Shown piece after piece: positions 50,042 through 61,884 of a stretch of 64,000 bases of DNA. Both the position numbers and the translations under genes were made by a program. Below the pieces are notes generated by a model. It had not been told where the DNA came from and ran no database searches. It saw only the letters and a list, made by a program, of their open reading frames with translations. The stretch comes from Massalongia carnosa. Taxonomy: Eukaryota. Where the stretch lies: NCBI GenBank assembly GCA_965645245.1, contig OZ287084.1, positions 124,001 to 188,000 of the forward strand. Direction: 5' to 3'. Each line of letters opens with the position of its first letter. Position 1 is the first letter of the stretch.

Positions 50042-51293
50042 CTCGACGAGTTGATTATGTTGAACAACCTCATCTATTCATTACCAACCCGCACCTGGTC
50101 TGTAAGCTTATCAAAGCACTTTATGGACTGAAAAAAACCCCCCAGGTGTGGTACCAGACGCTTGTTGATTTCCTAAAGAAGCTAGGATTTCATCGACTAG
50201 AACTTGATCATGGAGTGTTTGTTTCAAATGACAAAAAGCAATACCTAGCAATATATGTGGACGACCTGCTACTCTTTGGGGCTGACATACCCCGTCTCGA
50301 TTTTATACAAAAGCAGCTTTCTGACCGATTTAAAATGACTGACCTGGGCGACGTTTCCCACTACCTCGGAATGGAAGTGGACGTAAACGTTGGAAAAGCC
50401 ATAACTATTCGACAAACGACCTATTTGAAGGTCCTGGAACGTTTTGGAATGACCGACTGTAAACCATCCTCCATTCCAATGGACCCGGGAGTAGCAAGCT
50501 CCCTTTTACCGTCAGAACAGGTGGCCGACAAAGCCATCATTTCCTGGTATCAGTCAGCAGTCGGGTCACTGATGTGGCCAGCAGTCCATACTCGACCAGA
50601 CATCTCTTATTCTGTGGGAGTCCTCAGCCGCTATTGCAGCAACCCCGGACCCATCCACATTCAAATGATCAAACAAATCTTCCGCTATATAGCAGGGACA
50701 CTGACCATAGGACTGACATTCTCGGCTGACTCTCCGGATGAACTAATCGGATACACTGACTCTGATTGGGCGGGGACAGGAGATGGAAGAAAATCGACCG
50801 GTGGGTACGTTTGGATGCTTTTGGGCTGTTCAATTTCTCACCAATCAAAACAACAACCGACTGTCGCTCTTTCTTCATGCGAAGCTGAGTATATGGCGAT
50901 CACTGAAGCAGGGAAGGAGGCCTTATGGTGCTCTCGCTTCCTCGAGGCCCTCGGGCACAGACGACCTGACCAACCAGCAGACCTCCGAGCAGACAACAAG
51001 GGGGCGATTGACCTTACCGCTAACCCAGAGTTTCATAAGCGGACAAAGCACATCGACGTACGGCATCACTGGATAAGAGAGGTGGTGTTGAGCCGGAAGA
51101 TAGTCATCTCATACATCTCAACCAATGAGATGATAGCTGATGGAATGACGAAACCCTTGCCTCCACAGAAGTTCAAGGTCTTTAGGACCATGATGGGCAT
51201 GAGGCAATTTGATTGAAAGATGAAGACCCAAAATTGGAAAAGACGAAGATGAATAGTATCAACCGTCAGGCAGACACCATGCCTGAGTGGGAG

Positions 51294-51476
51294 TGTTGAT
51301 GTTAGCCTGTGTTAGCCTAACTAGATTGTGGTCAGGCAGTTGGTGACTGCGATTACCCAATTAGGCTAGCTTGCGTTTTAGGAGTTCAGGTAAAATCTCT
51401 GCAGATAGTAAACAAATGAACCATCCCTTCCAAATATTCGTATTATGCACCAAGGTGATCAATTCTCCCTCCAATA
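51294..51476 (+). repeat. Copia C 3' LTR, possibly completed by 56058-56070
   Basis: Starts TGTTG right after the PPT. There is no CA terminus at 51476. Confidence 0.65.
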
Positions 51477-51853
51477 CTAGTGCCTATCTTCGGTGACCCT
51501 ACCACGGGGGCCGAAGTGACCTCTGGGGACCGAAAATGGCATCCAGGGTTTGCGGCAATATTCTCGAGAATCTGGCTCCATAAAGCTTCGAGGTACCGGG
51601 GCTGAATAGTGTAATATAAAAGCTGCTCCCTTGATGATTCTTTCCGAGCAAGACCTTCCCCAGATAGAGCGGTCGAGTCGATATCAACAATACGGGCAGT
51701 TGCGGGATAACCGTGCGACCGAGGTAAATCCGATGGACCGCATCCCGAGCTCCGCTCGGGGTGCGGCTCACCTCCATGACGCTATCATCTCCATGACGCA
51801 TTTTTAAAAAATTTCTATCATCTATCATCAACCATTTATTATTCAACCACATC

Positions 51854-53976
51854 ATGTCTGATTCGTACAAGAAACGAGAGGCTAACATTGCAAAGGCCTC
51901 AGATGCATTTGCAAAGAACACATACAAATCAGCCGCAGCCTGTGCCAAAGAATTCGATATTTCACCTCGTCTATTTCAAAGAAGACTACATGGATATAGC
52001 AAGCGAAAAGCAGTCAATATGAGGCTGTCTGTGTAAGACGTATGCTTCTACTCAGAGGGCGTGTTGGTCACGTGAAGGGGGTGTCTCAATAATGTATGTT
52101 ATTGATCTATGCCCTTAGAATAAGGTGGGCATCGACCTCTTTATCCTACAGACGTGTCTCCCCCTAAGACTCCCTTATCGGATAGCCCCCAGCTATCTGA
52201 TTGGTCCAAATGGCTCCCGGCCCCTTTGGGCGGTTAGTGCCATCCGACATGGGTTTCCAGCCGTCCCCCTCGCCAGCCGTCCCCCTGAGACGGCATGTGG
52301 CCGACAGCGGAATCAGCCCATTAGGGTCGGGCCGGTTCGGCGGCCGAGTCCATGCTGATGCCCCTTTTCCGTATCCTTCTCCGTAGTCTCTATGGCAGGT
52401 CCTGACAGTCTGCTGCACTAGAACTAGCCCTGAAGGAGTATATTGAATTTTTTGATGATATTGAATTATCAATAAGATTGCCATTGATTCGCGGTGCAGC
52501 TAATTATTTGTTGCAATTGCAACATCCTTCCTCGTCTTCAACTTCTCTCACCCGCGTAGGAAAATGCTGGACCGGACGATTCTTGAAAAGAAATCCCCAA
52601 TTTTTCATGCAAAAAGGCAAGCCATTAGCAGCGGAAAGGAAAAACGCTCACAATGTTACGGATATTTAAACTTATTTCTCTTCATTTCAATCGACTGTAG
52701 CCCTTCTTGGTATAACTCCAGATGATATATGGAATATGGATGAGACAGGCTTTCGAGTTGGCTGTGGGGTAACCCATTTGGTGGTGACACTATCATCACA
52801 TAAACGAATTATGATCGTTGATCCAGACAATCGAGACTATATAACTTCGGTCGAATGCATCAATGGAGTTGGCGGAAGCGTTCCATCCTCTTTGATTTTG
52901 AAAGGGGTCAACATACTTCACAAATAGGCCTTAGAGAATGATTTGAAAGATGATATCGTGTTGACTACAAGCGATAGCGGCTATTCGAATGATTGTCTAG
53001 CATTAGAGTGGTTAAAGCATTTTAATGATCATTCAAAAAAGGTTCAAAAAGGAGCGTTAGGCTTCTTTTGTTGGATGGATATGGATCTCATCTAACGTAT
53101 GAATTTTGGGAATATTCGAAAGAAAATAATATCTGTTTATTCAGATTACCCCCCCCCCCCACCCCCATTCAACCCATTTGACGCAGCCATTGGACGTTGG
53201 TGTTTTTCAGCCAATGAAACATTATCATGCTGAAGCGGTTGACAACGCCATTCGGTTGGGTGACGTTGACTTCAATCGTCTGGATTTTCTGGCCGCATTC
53301 AATCAATTTTGTACAAAGGCATTCAAATCATCTACTATCAAATCAGCCTGGGAAAAAACTGGGTTGATACCTTACAATCCGGAGGTAGTCTTGACCAAAA
53401 TTCGTGCTTTAAATCCGGCATTACTACCACTACCAATATCATCTTCGGAGACAATAATCCTACCTCATACCCCCAAAAAGCCCAAAGACGTTGCTAAGGA
53501 AGGGGAAAACATTATTCAGCGAATGAATAATAATAAAGAAATTACTCCAGAAAGAATGCGACGTTTTATCAAAGGGTCGGTTGCAAACGCTAATTTACTA
53601 CTCCGTAGAATTGACGCAACGCGACTTGCAAGCCACACACACAGCTGCATTAGCTAAAAGGGCCCGAAAAAAGCTTGCTGGTACCGTTGTTCAGAAGGGA
53701 GGAATCGTTACCGTTCGAGATGTGAGGCACAATCACCTACATCGTACCCAAGAAGAGGTGGAAAGGGAGGAGGGTCGTCAAAAGCGTGCTGAGACGGCCA
53801 GACAAAAGAAAATATTTCTCTATGGAAAAGCGATAGCTAAACGGTTTGGCTTGGTGGGTAAAAAGGCCGAAAGCTGGATAGATGAACGTCAGCCTTTGAT
53901 TTTGAATAGCTTCATTTTGAAAGGGTCAATCAATGGATATAATGTAAATAGTTTGAGAAATGCGTCATGGAGATGA
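51854..53976 (+). pseudogene. pogo/Fot1 DDD transposase
   Basis: HTH N-terminus, WNMDETGF, LDGYGSH, LPP.H...QPLDVG. Contains stops, frameshifts and an LTR insertion. Confidence 0.93.
52032..52407 (-). mobile_element. Solo LTR, probably Gypsy, inside the pogo transposase
   Basis: TG...CA, 376 bp, TSD GTCTG at 52027-52031 and 52408-52412. Removal restores MRLSAALELALKEYI. Orientation is inferred from the PPT next to the 62 kb copy. Confidence 0.92.
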
Positions 53977-56900
53977 TAGCGTCATGGAGGTGAGCCGCAC
54001 CTGGAGCGTAGCTCCGGGTGCGGTCCATCGGATTTACCTCGGTCGCACGGTTAGTGTATCATAAGGTTGGAAGATGCCACAGTCTTGTTGACAGCCGGGC
54101 TTATGATAGCATCATATAATAACTCCTGGTCTTCCTTGCTAAGGTAGTTGGAGTGCTCATAGTGACTATCACGGTGTAAGGCGGGGAAGATGATATAGAT
54201 CAAGAGGTTCTCCATGCCTATTGTAGTCCCGAAGCAGTAATGGGGGATCTTGTGGAGAGGAGTATATGTCTGAGTCAAGACCCTACGTCTATTACACACA
54301 GGGACCTTTAATCCAAATTGAATGTCTGCAGTGAGGTTGAAAATAGCATGGCTTTTAGGGTACCAATGGATCCTAAGCCGAGCCACGCGTAGACTATTCG
54401 AGAAACAGCATGTACTGTCAATATCAAACGTCACCTTTGGACGACAGTTTTTCTTGCTGCTAGTATGGCATTGAGATAAGCAGAGACTCCTAGGCAAATG
54501 TTCATCCAGAATCTCAGCAATATCAGGAGTAGTTGGCGCATCTGAGCCTTCAAACGCCGTACGGTAGTCAAGTCCGTTAACATCTGCTGGCTTCATCAAC
54601 TTAGGGCTGCGCAGGACATCTGGAAGGAGTGTTCTCTGTTATTTCCACGAAGGATATGTGTGAGCTGTCCAAGGGAAGAGCATTCCGAGTGGACATCAGG
54701 ACGTCGATAGTGCTCTCGATGCAGCTGGTCTGCCTCGCGATGTTGCTCGTGAGTACAGCCTTGAAAATTCCGAAATTGCTTGGCGAGCTTGAAGGCCGTC
54801 CGCTCGGCAGGGGCTAGGGAAGCTGCTGCATTAGGATCTGGCGCATTGGGGGAGGCTCGTGCAGCTGGGGTAGGAGCAGGACTAGGTGTGGGGTTAACAA
54901 GAGCTGGGTTGGGCTGAACTATTGGCGAAGAGGGTAGTGGCGAAGCATTTTTAGAAATCAGAGGGGTGACTGCGGGTGGGGATAGAGTATGCGCTGTGGT
55001 AAAGATCTCACCCAGGACATAAGAGTATTCCTTTGTGCCGGAAATAAAGTTCTTCGTCTGCCAGTACTCCGGCTCTTGCTTGATTGCAGAGAAGGTGTCC
55101 TCTGCCGTGTCCGTAGTGGCACATCTGTTGATCTTTGGATACTTGCTGTATTAGAATCATGTGATAGGGCAATGCTATCCTATCCCATGTTATGATTGAC
55201 TCGTCCACATGGGCGTTCTGTGGAAAGCAAGAATGCAAAGGCTGCTCGTCGTAAACCCCATCTCCTTCATTGGTTATATATAGCCCGCTTATTGTCTGCG
55301 ACCTCGCCGTTCCTGGAGAGTCCGCTGGTGCATCTTTGTCGTGTAAAGCTAGTGTCTGTGTAGCTCTTTCCTGCTCTACCGCGTCGGCCCGTAGGCCCAC
55401 CAGAATTTCAGCAGCTGTCGCATCCAATTCATTCAGACGCTGGAAATTTCGGTCTTATATTCTTCCTGCTCGATATTGGCATCTTGCTCGGCCTCTTGAA
55501 TCTGCTTAATCTGTGTAGCAACCTCAGCTGCTTCATCAGACATAGTCAGTTGGGTCGGTGGGGGAGAGATAGGTCGGTGGCTTGATGGAATATCGTTTTG
55601 CTGAGTAGTATTATCTGGAGGCATTCGAATATTAGAACCCGTTCGGATTCCGCTGGGAGGTGTATCGGTAGGTACGGATGCTGGGGCTCATGTGCAATGA
55701 AGTCTGCTGGACCGGCTGGCTGACGCGACGATTGACGCGACTAGTGATACCAACGTAGCTTACTCTCTTTTGCAGCCTTTGTCGCATCTTCTTCGGTTCT
55801 ATGCTTTCTTGGTTGGCCGCCGCGTTTCTTGGGGTTTCTTGGGGATAGATTTGAAGCCATTGGAAGAGAGATGAGAGAAGTCGGCAGCTCTTCGAGTGCT
55901 TCGTTATCACTAGAAAAAAACCTCGATTCGGTTAGCGCAGTTCCTCGGATTGCCAGGCGAAGTTCTAACACGCTCGAACTCAACCAATTTAATCTTTATC
56001 AGTAAAGTCGTCATAGATAAATATCTATCTATGACTAGAGTCCTTACTTCTATCTGATTTACATTTTACAAATATAAGATAACTGTGGTAGACGTAGTCA
56101 AACTAGGACTAGAAAATAACCTCGATCGGGAAGGCGGTGTCGAACCGGCAGTACCCCAACTTCTCGCCAAATTAGGAAGTAAAACAACAAAACCCTTACC
56201 TTTGATCAGTCATATCTCCCTTCACAACATCTGCATAATTATACGAGTAAGTGCAACGTGATTTCGAATCATGTTGAGATCGATTACAGACCGTCAACCC
56301 AAAAAGCGGATCCTAACCTGGACCCGCATTCGTGGAGTCATGTAGGAATAGGAGAGCATCGGAAAGCGAGATGCATGAAGGGTTAGAGGAGCGTTCAGGA
56401 TAGAATAACGCGGAATGACATTGATATCGGCTCACTCAGATGACGTCGCAATTGACTTCTATAGAACTCGGCTATGAATGCTGCTTGTCATTTTTTCGCA
56501 GTTGCAGATGATAACATCCTCACACGACGTTCGAATGTTTCCGTTTTGAGTGAGCACTCCGACTTATCGGCTCTTTCTCTAGTTCATCCAGCCTCTTGCG
56601 GAGTTCCGACACCGTCGCTTCAAACTTTCGCAATTTAATCTCATACACGTCTTCGGCCAAGGTGATGATGTGACGGAGGTGTATTTCCGTCGAAACCCTC
56701 AGCTTCACGTTGTCGGAGTGGAGCAGTTGTAAGACATTTGTGCTAAGGTTCGTCTCGTCATCAAGTTTGAGCTGGACATCATGGAACCGCCGAGGTGTGG
56801 GCGATGCGTCCGGGGATTGAAGAATCGTTGATCGAGAAGTTGTGTTGTCCACGAACAGTCGGTTGCCGGTTTCAGGAGTTGGCAAAGTTACCGTGTTCGT

Positions 56901-58063
56901 TGGCCTCTCGAGAGTAGGCGGACCCGCCGCTGCGTGCTGCGGTGCTCCGGTCAGTGGATCATTGGCGCCAAGGTCGTTCTTGGTCGGAGTCTGAGGAGCT
57001 TGTGAAGAGTGTTGATCGAGTAGATTCGGGACAGACCCCATCTAGCAGACCCCTCGTAAAGTTCTACTGCTTATTAGGACTAGCTTAAGCCTCACCCTCA
57101 CACTAAATTAATAGTCCATCTACTAATGCAACATATACCTAGCTGATAAGTCGAAAAGATCGTTATATTCAGATTGACTGTATGAAAAAGTCACACCTAT
57201 TACACTCTACTGTTTCATTACTATTATATACAACTCATTGCGATGACCTCAACTCTGAAAACCCATCAATCAGTTGCGAAACATCCTCCTTTCTAGGCTT
57301 CATAGTCCTACCAATCTTCATAGCTGCCGCCTGCTTCTTCGCCTCGGCCCTAGCCTGTTTATCTGCTTGCTCAGCCTTTTGCTGAGACTCCAACTCCAAC
57401 ATAGCCTTTGAATTTTTGGCTACACCCCGAGACCTTCGCGTTGTGGCAGACGAAGTAGGAGGCAACTGACTGAGGCGGAGGTTTTGACTAAGTTTATATA
57501 AAGGGCCGGGGCCGTTTGAGATGAGACTTTTTGGCTATGTTTCGTCAGCACTTCATCAACATCTTCAAACGAATCGGAAGACGTTGAAGATGCATCGTTG
57601 TCATTCGAAGGAAGTGTGAGACTCGTAGAAGGATCGGGAATCGGAGTGTCTACATAATGCAGGTCATCGTAGTCGGAGACAATGACCGCATCTTCAGTCA
57701 AATCTACTACATTATATATTAGCCGCGTTGCGTCGATTCGCTTATATCGTGGGTTTTTACCATCGCTAATCACACTCTCGTTTTCATCGCTTTCACACAG
57801 TTTATCATGCCGTCGCCTTCTCCCTTGTTCAATCGAGTCCCTACGTCTAGCACGTCGCTGATTGGCCTCATCTGCCTCAGCTGCCTCGCGGCCAGTGTAA
57901 GCACGCCGACGACTTCCTCCCTTTTTCCACCTGAGGTTTTCCTTCGGTCAGATTTCATCAGGGAAAGTTGTTGGGATAAGAGATCTAGCCGACTCCCTTT
58001 CCAGCCATCGTTGATTGAATTTGGCGCTGTTTGCTACGTATGCTCGAGCATACTCCTCATCTC

Positions 58064-58324
58064 TGTTGAGTTACATAGGCAGGTAATAGTATGTGTGGGA
58101 AGGATTGATTGTTCTATCTAGGTGGCTATCTACTATGTTTATATAGCTAGATAGATGAGAGATGAATAAGATAGAGAGCAGGCACAGCGGCAGGTCAGGT
58201 TTGCCTTGAATCTCCCTGCCGTACCACCTCATTAGCTAGCCGTGTGCGGATCACCTGAGACGTTATTCCCAAGCCGTTATTTTGCCGTCTGGCACGGCAC
58301 ATAGGATGGCTGTCTCATCTAACA
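58064..58324. mobile_element. Solo LTR (261 bp) inside the MULE derivative
   Basis: TGTT...AACA, TSD ATCTC at 58059-58063 and 58325-58329. Removal restores MENSHRDEEYARAY. Confidence 0.9.
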
Positions 58325-58459
58325 ATCTCGATGTGAATTTTCCATTGATTTGTGCAAATCCATTGACGCAAATGCTGCAGATTGCATCATATCAACTCCA
58401 CCGCGGCGATATCTATCACCGTCCTTCTTCACTTCTCCCCTTCGCTTTTCCTTCTTCTC

Positions 58460-58585
58460 ACCTCCTGCTCATCCTCCTCTTCCATCTCCTCCTCATCCTC
58501 CTCTTCCATCTCCTCCTCATCCTCCTCTTCCATCTCATCCTCACCCTCCCCCCATACCTCCTCCTTATCCTCTTCCTTATCCTCT
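58460..58585 (-). repeat. 24-bp tandem repeat encoding a Glu/Asp-rich tract
   Basis: About three copies of CCTCCTCATCCTCCTCTTCCATCT, read as EMEEEDEE on the minus strand. Confidence 0.8.
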
Positions 58586-58894
58586 TCCGGCTCCCGCAGC
58601 GTATATGGGATGATTACCCCTCATCAAATAATCCGAGGCTAGCTACGTGTGATGTTTGAATTGGCTACAGCAATAATTATGTTGCAAGTGACTGTATATG
58701 AAGCTTGCGGGGGGATGTTGCATTAGTAGATGGACGGTTAATTTAGTGTGAGGGTGAGGATTAAGCAAGCAGTAGAACTTTACGAGGGGTCTGCCAGATG
58801 TGGTCTGTCCCGAATCTACTCGCGTTATGATCTCTGGCGCCAACCTCATCCGTTTCCCAAAGAAAGAATCGACACTGTTAGGGCGCAGTCTCTT

Positions 58895-59100
58895 TATGAA
58901 ATATAAATTCACTTTGTAGGTATAGTAGCATGATTGTCATTGAAGGTGATTATCTATTTTAGGCACTTTGCAAGGCACCTCCCGAACTGCCTGTTAGGCA
59001 GTTCCTATAGATGCCTGGCAGGCACCCGTGGGACTCACGATGGATGCCTATACTAGTGGTAGTCTGACCATCTAACCGATGGTAGCCTTACCATTTAACA
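58895..59100 (-). mobile_element. Solo LTR (TG...TA) related to 41123-41444
   Basis: Shares GGGAGGTGCCT.GCAAAGTGCCTAAA and CCTTCAATGACAATCATGCTA blocks in reverse orientation. TSD CTCTT/CTGTT. Removal restores the host frame. Confidence 0.8.
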
Positions 59101-59218
59101 CTGTTGACATCGCAAAACTAACTCGCATCGGTCAGTGGCCGCGCATGGCGAAGAAGTATGATCAACATACATTTCTGGCCCTTGGAAGCATCGATCTTGG
59201 AGGTCAGCCATCTCAGTG

Positions 59219-59882
59219 GCCGACCTCGACGACAACACGGACTGGGAGTTTGTCAAAGACTCCATCCCCAAATTTCAGCATCCCGATGAGCGTTTTCTCG
59301 ACAAGCTGCTCAAAGACAAATCTCGCTAGCCAACCCGAAACCGGACGTCGCCTACGGATACGCAGACAGCGCGTTCACCGCGGAGCAGCGGGCCCTCAAC
59401 TTCACGTATGACGAGCTGGCGCAGATATCCCCGGGGATCAACCATATCTTCTTCATCGTGGAAGCCAAGACTAACGGGATCATCGAAGAGCTCGAAAACC
59501 AATGCTGCCGCGGAGGCGCAGCCCTCGTGAGCGCCACTCGGCAAATCCTCGCCAAGCGCCATGCCGACCCCCCCCGGGCGCCGACGCGGACTCGATGGCA
59601 TTCTCGCTCGCCCTGATCCCCTCGCTCGCCGAAGTGCACGTCCACTGGGTGGAGACGGCCGCCCCCGACGGCCCCGCCGTGTTCCACATGGCTCTCGTCT
59701 CGTCCTACGCGCTGAAGACGGACGGGGCCCTCCAGGCCCTGCGCCGCGACGTGAGCAACATCCTGGACTGGGGGGTGCTACGTCGCAAGCCGGGCATTGT
59801 CACCGCGCTGGACCAAATCGTGGCCCGGACGCGGGATGCGCTGACGCCTTCTCCTGCGAAAAGGGTGCGCGGTGATGATTAG
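59219..59882 (+). pseudogene. PD-(D/E)xK nuclease-like protein fragment (DUF7924-like)
   Basis: NPKPDVAYG...FFIVEAK...ENQ..RGGAALV...AFS...VHVHW...FHM...NILDWG across two frameshifts. Visibly GC-rich. Confidence 0.7.
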
Positions 59883-59989
59883 GCGGCTGGAATCGCGTGG
59901 TGGTTGCTGTTGCTGGTGGTGGTGGTAGGATTGCTACTCAAACGATGAGTCAGGATCACCTAGAGCAGATAGATGAATAAAATAAAATC

Positions 59990-60221
59990 ATCTTATTCTC
60001 TCGCTATTTCTCTCTCTCTCTTTTCATATTCTCTCCGTCAGTTAAACCCTAAACCATTTCTCTTCCCATCCCTCTCCCCCTCCAATTCACTCATCCATCT
60101 CCCTTCCTTCTCTTCCCCCTATCCTATCCTATCCTACCCCCACCCCCACTCCCTCTCCTCAAATCTCCCTATTCTATCGATCGATCGATCTATTCATCCA
60201 ACTATTCTTTTCTTCTCGCTA

Positions 60222-60257
<36 letters not shown>

Positions 60258-60595
60258 ATACAGATTAATTCTCTCTCCTCTCTTTTCTTCTTTTTTTCTT
60301 CTTGTTCTTTTTATTTTTCCTTTTCGAACTTTTTGTAAACTGCTACTACTACTACTACTACTACTTCTGTTTTCTTTTCTCCCTCTTCTCCCTCCCTCCC
60401 CTGCCTCCTTCTCCCTTAACCTCTCCTCTTCCCCCCCCTTCCCTAATCCTACTCCGCATTCCCCCCCTCTCTCCTTTTTTTCTTTTCTTATTTCTTATTC
60501 CCGTCTTTCCGGCTCCGTTTTTTTGTTTATTTCCCCTCATTTATTCGTTTGTTTATCTATTTTTCGTTCACTCGTTTATTTGTTTCTTTTTCTAG
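59990..60595. repeat. Polypyrimidine low-complexity tract with (CT)n and (CTA)n microsatellites
   Basis: Directly visible: (CT)n near 60226-60253 and (CTA)n near 60343-60365. Confidence 0.9.
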
Positions 60596-60893
60596 CTTTT
60601 GAAAAGATGTAGGAAAAAGTCCTTAGTCGTTTCAATTTATGGTATAAAATGTATAAGCTATATGTTGTCGACATGAAGAGAATGACGACGACGTCGTGAG
60701 ATGTGGGGGGAAAATGCGGAAAACGGTAGAGTTGCTGGGAAGAAAGGTATGAAATTGATATTTGTCAAGTGAGACTAATTACACTTGGTCATTGACGCCT
60801 AGTGCGACTAACGATCTTACTTCAAGCCCCGATTGCAGAGCCAAAACGCGCTTCTGAACACATGTTTCTGTTCAATCATACAAAGTACATCTC

Positions 60894-61648
60894 CTAATTA
60901 GTTACGAGTTCAGCTAGATTGACATTGGCGCAATTCCCACTGTCAGGTATCTTGAAGAGATCTGTGGGGCCCGGAACGTTGGAGTACAAGCATTGACAAG
61001 TCCCGACTAGCGAAGGCAAATCTACGTTATCGAGTGAGGCATCGCTGGCAACCGAAACGGCGGTGTCAGCGATCGAAAGTGGTGCTTTCGAGAATGAGCT
61101 ACTTGCCAATTTTTGCATGCGAAGTTGCCTGCATCTCCTTGAGATTTCAGCGTCGTGGGGTTGGCTTGGTCCTTTTTCCTTGCCGTCAAACGGTAGACGG
61201 CGCACGTATCCTCGAGCTCGCCGCCGTACTTCTCGGTAGTCGTGTCGGTGTTGCAGCCTTTGAGAATAGTTTCGAATCTATCAACGCAATGGTCGAGTTT
61301 TTCATCGTCGTTTCGGCCAATGTCAAACTGAGCCAAAGATTATCCGCGTTGCCGTTGATAGGGAAGGCGTCGGACACGCCAAGAGTCTTGCCTCGTCCGT
61401 CGCTGGTAAGACCTGTACCGAAAGATACCATAGGCAACACCACCTGTCCCCAATAGTTGCGGTTGGAACAAAATGTATGAATGGCATCTGCCGCATCAGG
61501 CTACGGGAACGGGAGCTCTGGGCTATCGGTTGGTATACCGGCGCAGATGGGAACTGGTATCGTGTCGATTGCTATTGGCTGAGGGACACTGGGATCGTCA
61601 TCCTCATCGTTTCCCTTGACGCCTTGCGCTGGATCCTTGAAAGACTTT
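60894..61648 (-). pseudogene. C-terminal fragment of a Cys-rich, probably secreted fungal protein, cut by the MULE
   Basis: DAIHTFCSN...CVDRFETILKGCNTDTTTEKYGGELEDTCAVYRLT, with stops and frameshifts. The coding frame runs up to the GAG of the adjacent element. Confidence 0.5.
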
Positions 61649-61884
61649 GAGCATTGTACGGAAAAATAGGCTCCTATAAACAGCCATCAGTGGGAGGCTG
61701 TAAAACTCAGAGGTTTTCTATTTTCCATACCATTTAGCTGCCGCAGCCAATTAGTAAGCTAGCACATGACCAAATCTCGTAAATATTAATGTCGCGTCTT
61801 CCAACCGTAATTCTCATCCCCTGGTTACCCCTTATTATCACTTTTCTCATACCTCGCTGCTCTCATTTATTGAGGCTATTCAAG

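Larger units (their letters stand above)
40769..51476 (+). mobile_element. Copia element C, 5'-truncated, carrying two nested insertions
   Basis: Gag (CNGCGKIGHIKKFC), protease IIDSGATDH, integrase (HTDGGGEY, QNGKAER), RT split at 44165/50047, RNase H ending at 51216, PPT GAGTGGGAG, LTR from 51294. Confidence 0.93.
51710..54051 (+). mobile_element. Tc1/mariner pogo/Fot1 DNA transposon
   Basis: 94-bp TIRs at 51710-51803 and 53958-54051, TA TSD on both sides. Confidence 0.96.
51477..55860 (-). pseudogene. Large hypothetical protein (basic N-terminus; VTFDIDS and LHKIPHYCFG motifs) interrupted by the pogo element
   Basis: Removing 51710-54051 and one TA fuses ...SSNLMIH to YPATARIVDIDSTALSGEGLARKESSREQLL... 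in frame. The upstream part contains stops and frameshifts. Confidence 0.7.
51477..56057 (-). mobile_element. Candidate Helitron-like element
   Basis: The minus strand reads A|TCAG...imperfect hairpin CTTCGG...CCGAAG-7 nt-CTAG|T, with no TSD. No Rep/helicase sequence seen. Confidence 0.35.
57018..58821 (-). mobile_element. Internally deleted Mutator (MULE)-like element
   Basis: About 110-bp TIRs starting GAGTAGATTCGGGACAGACC at 57018-57134 and 58715-58821. Degenerate 9-bp TSD GTGTTGATC / GCGTT(at)GATC. Residual acidic and RRRAYTGREAAE coding tail. Confidence 0.8.
56520..59117 (-). pseudogene. GRF zinc-finger protein, doubly interrupted
   Basis: Removing 58895-59100 and 57018-58821 gives LRCQQTAP*QCRFFLWETDEVGARDQHSSQAP..., which is the CxFFxW end of a zf-GRF domain, followed by a coiled-coil tail. 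The first exon is not seen. Confidence 0.7.

Noticed and set aside
52125..52484. Duplicated small ORFs (also at 62190-62495) as a gene pair
   Set aside because: They lie within two copies of the same LTR.
58282..58659. Pro-, Ser- and Leu-rich plus-strand ORFs
   Set aside because: Antisense shadows of the acidic tract in the MULE remnant.
59973..60595. Hydrophobic Phe/Leu/Ser ORFs as membrane proteins
   Set aside because: Artefacts of translating CT-rich low-complexity DNA.
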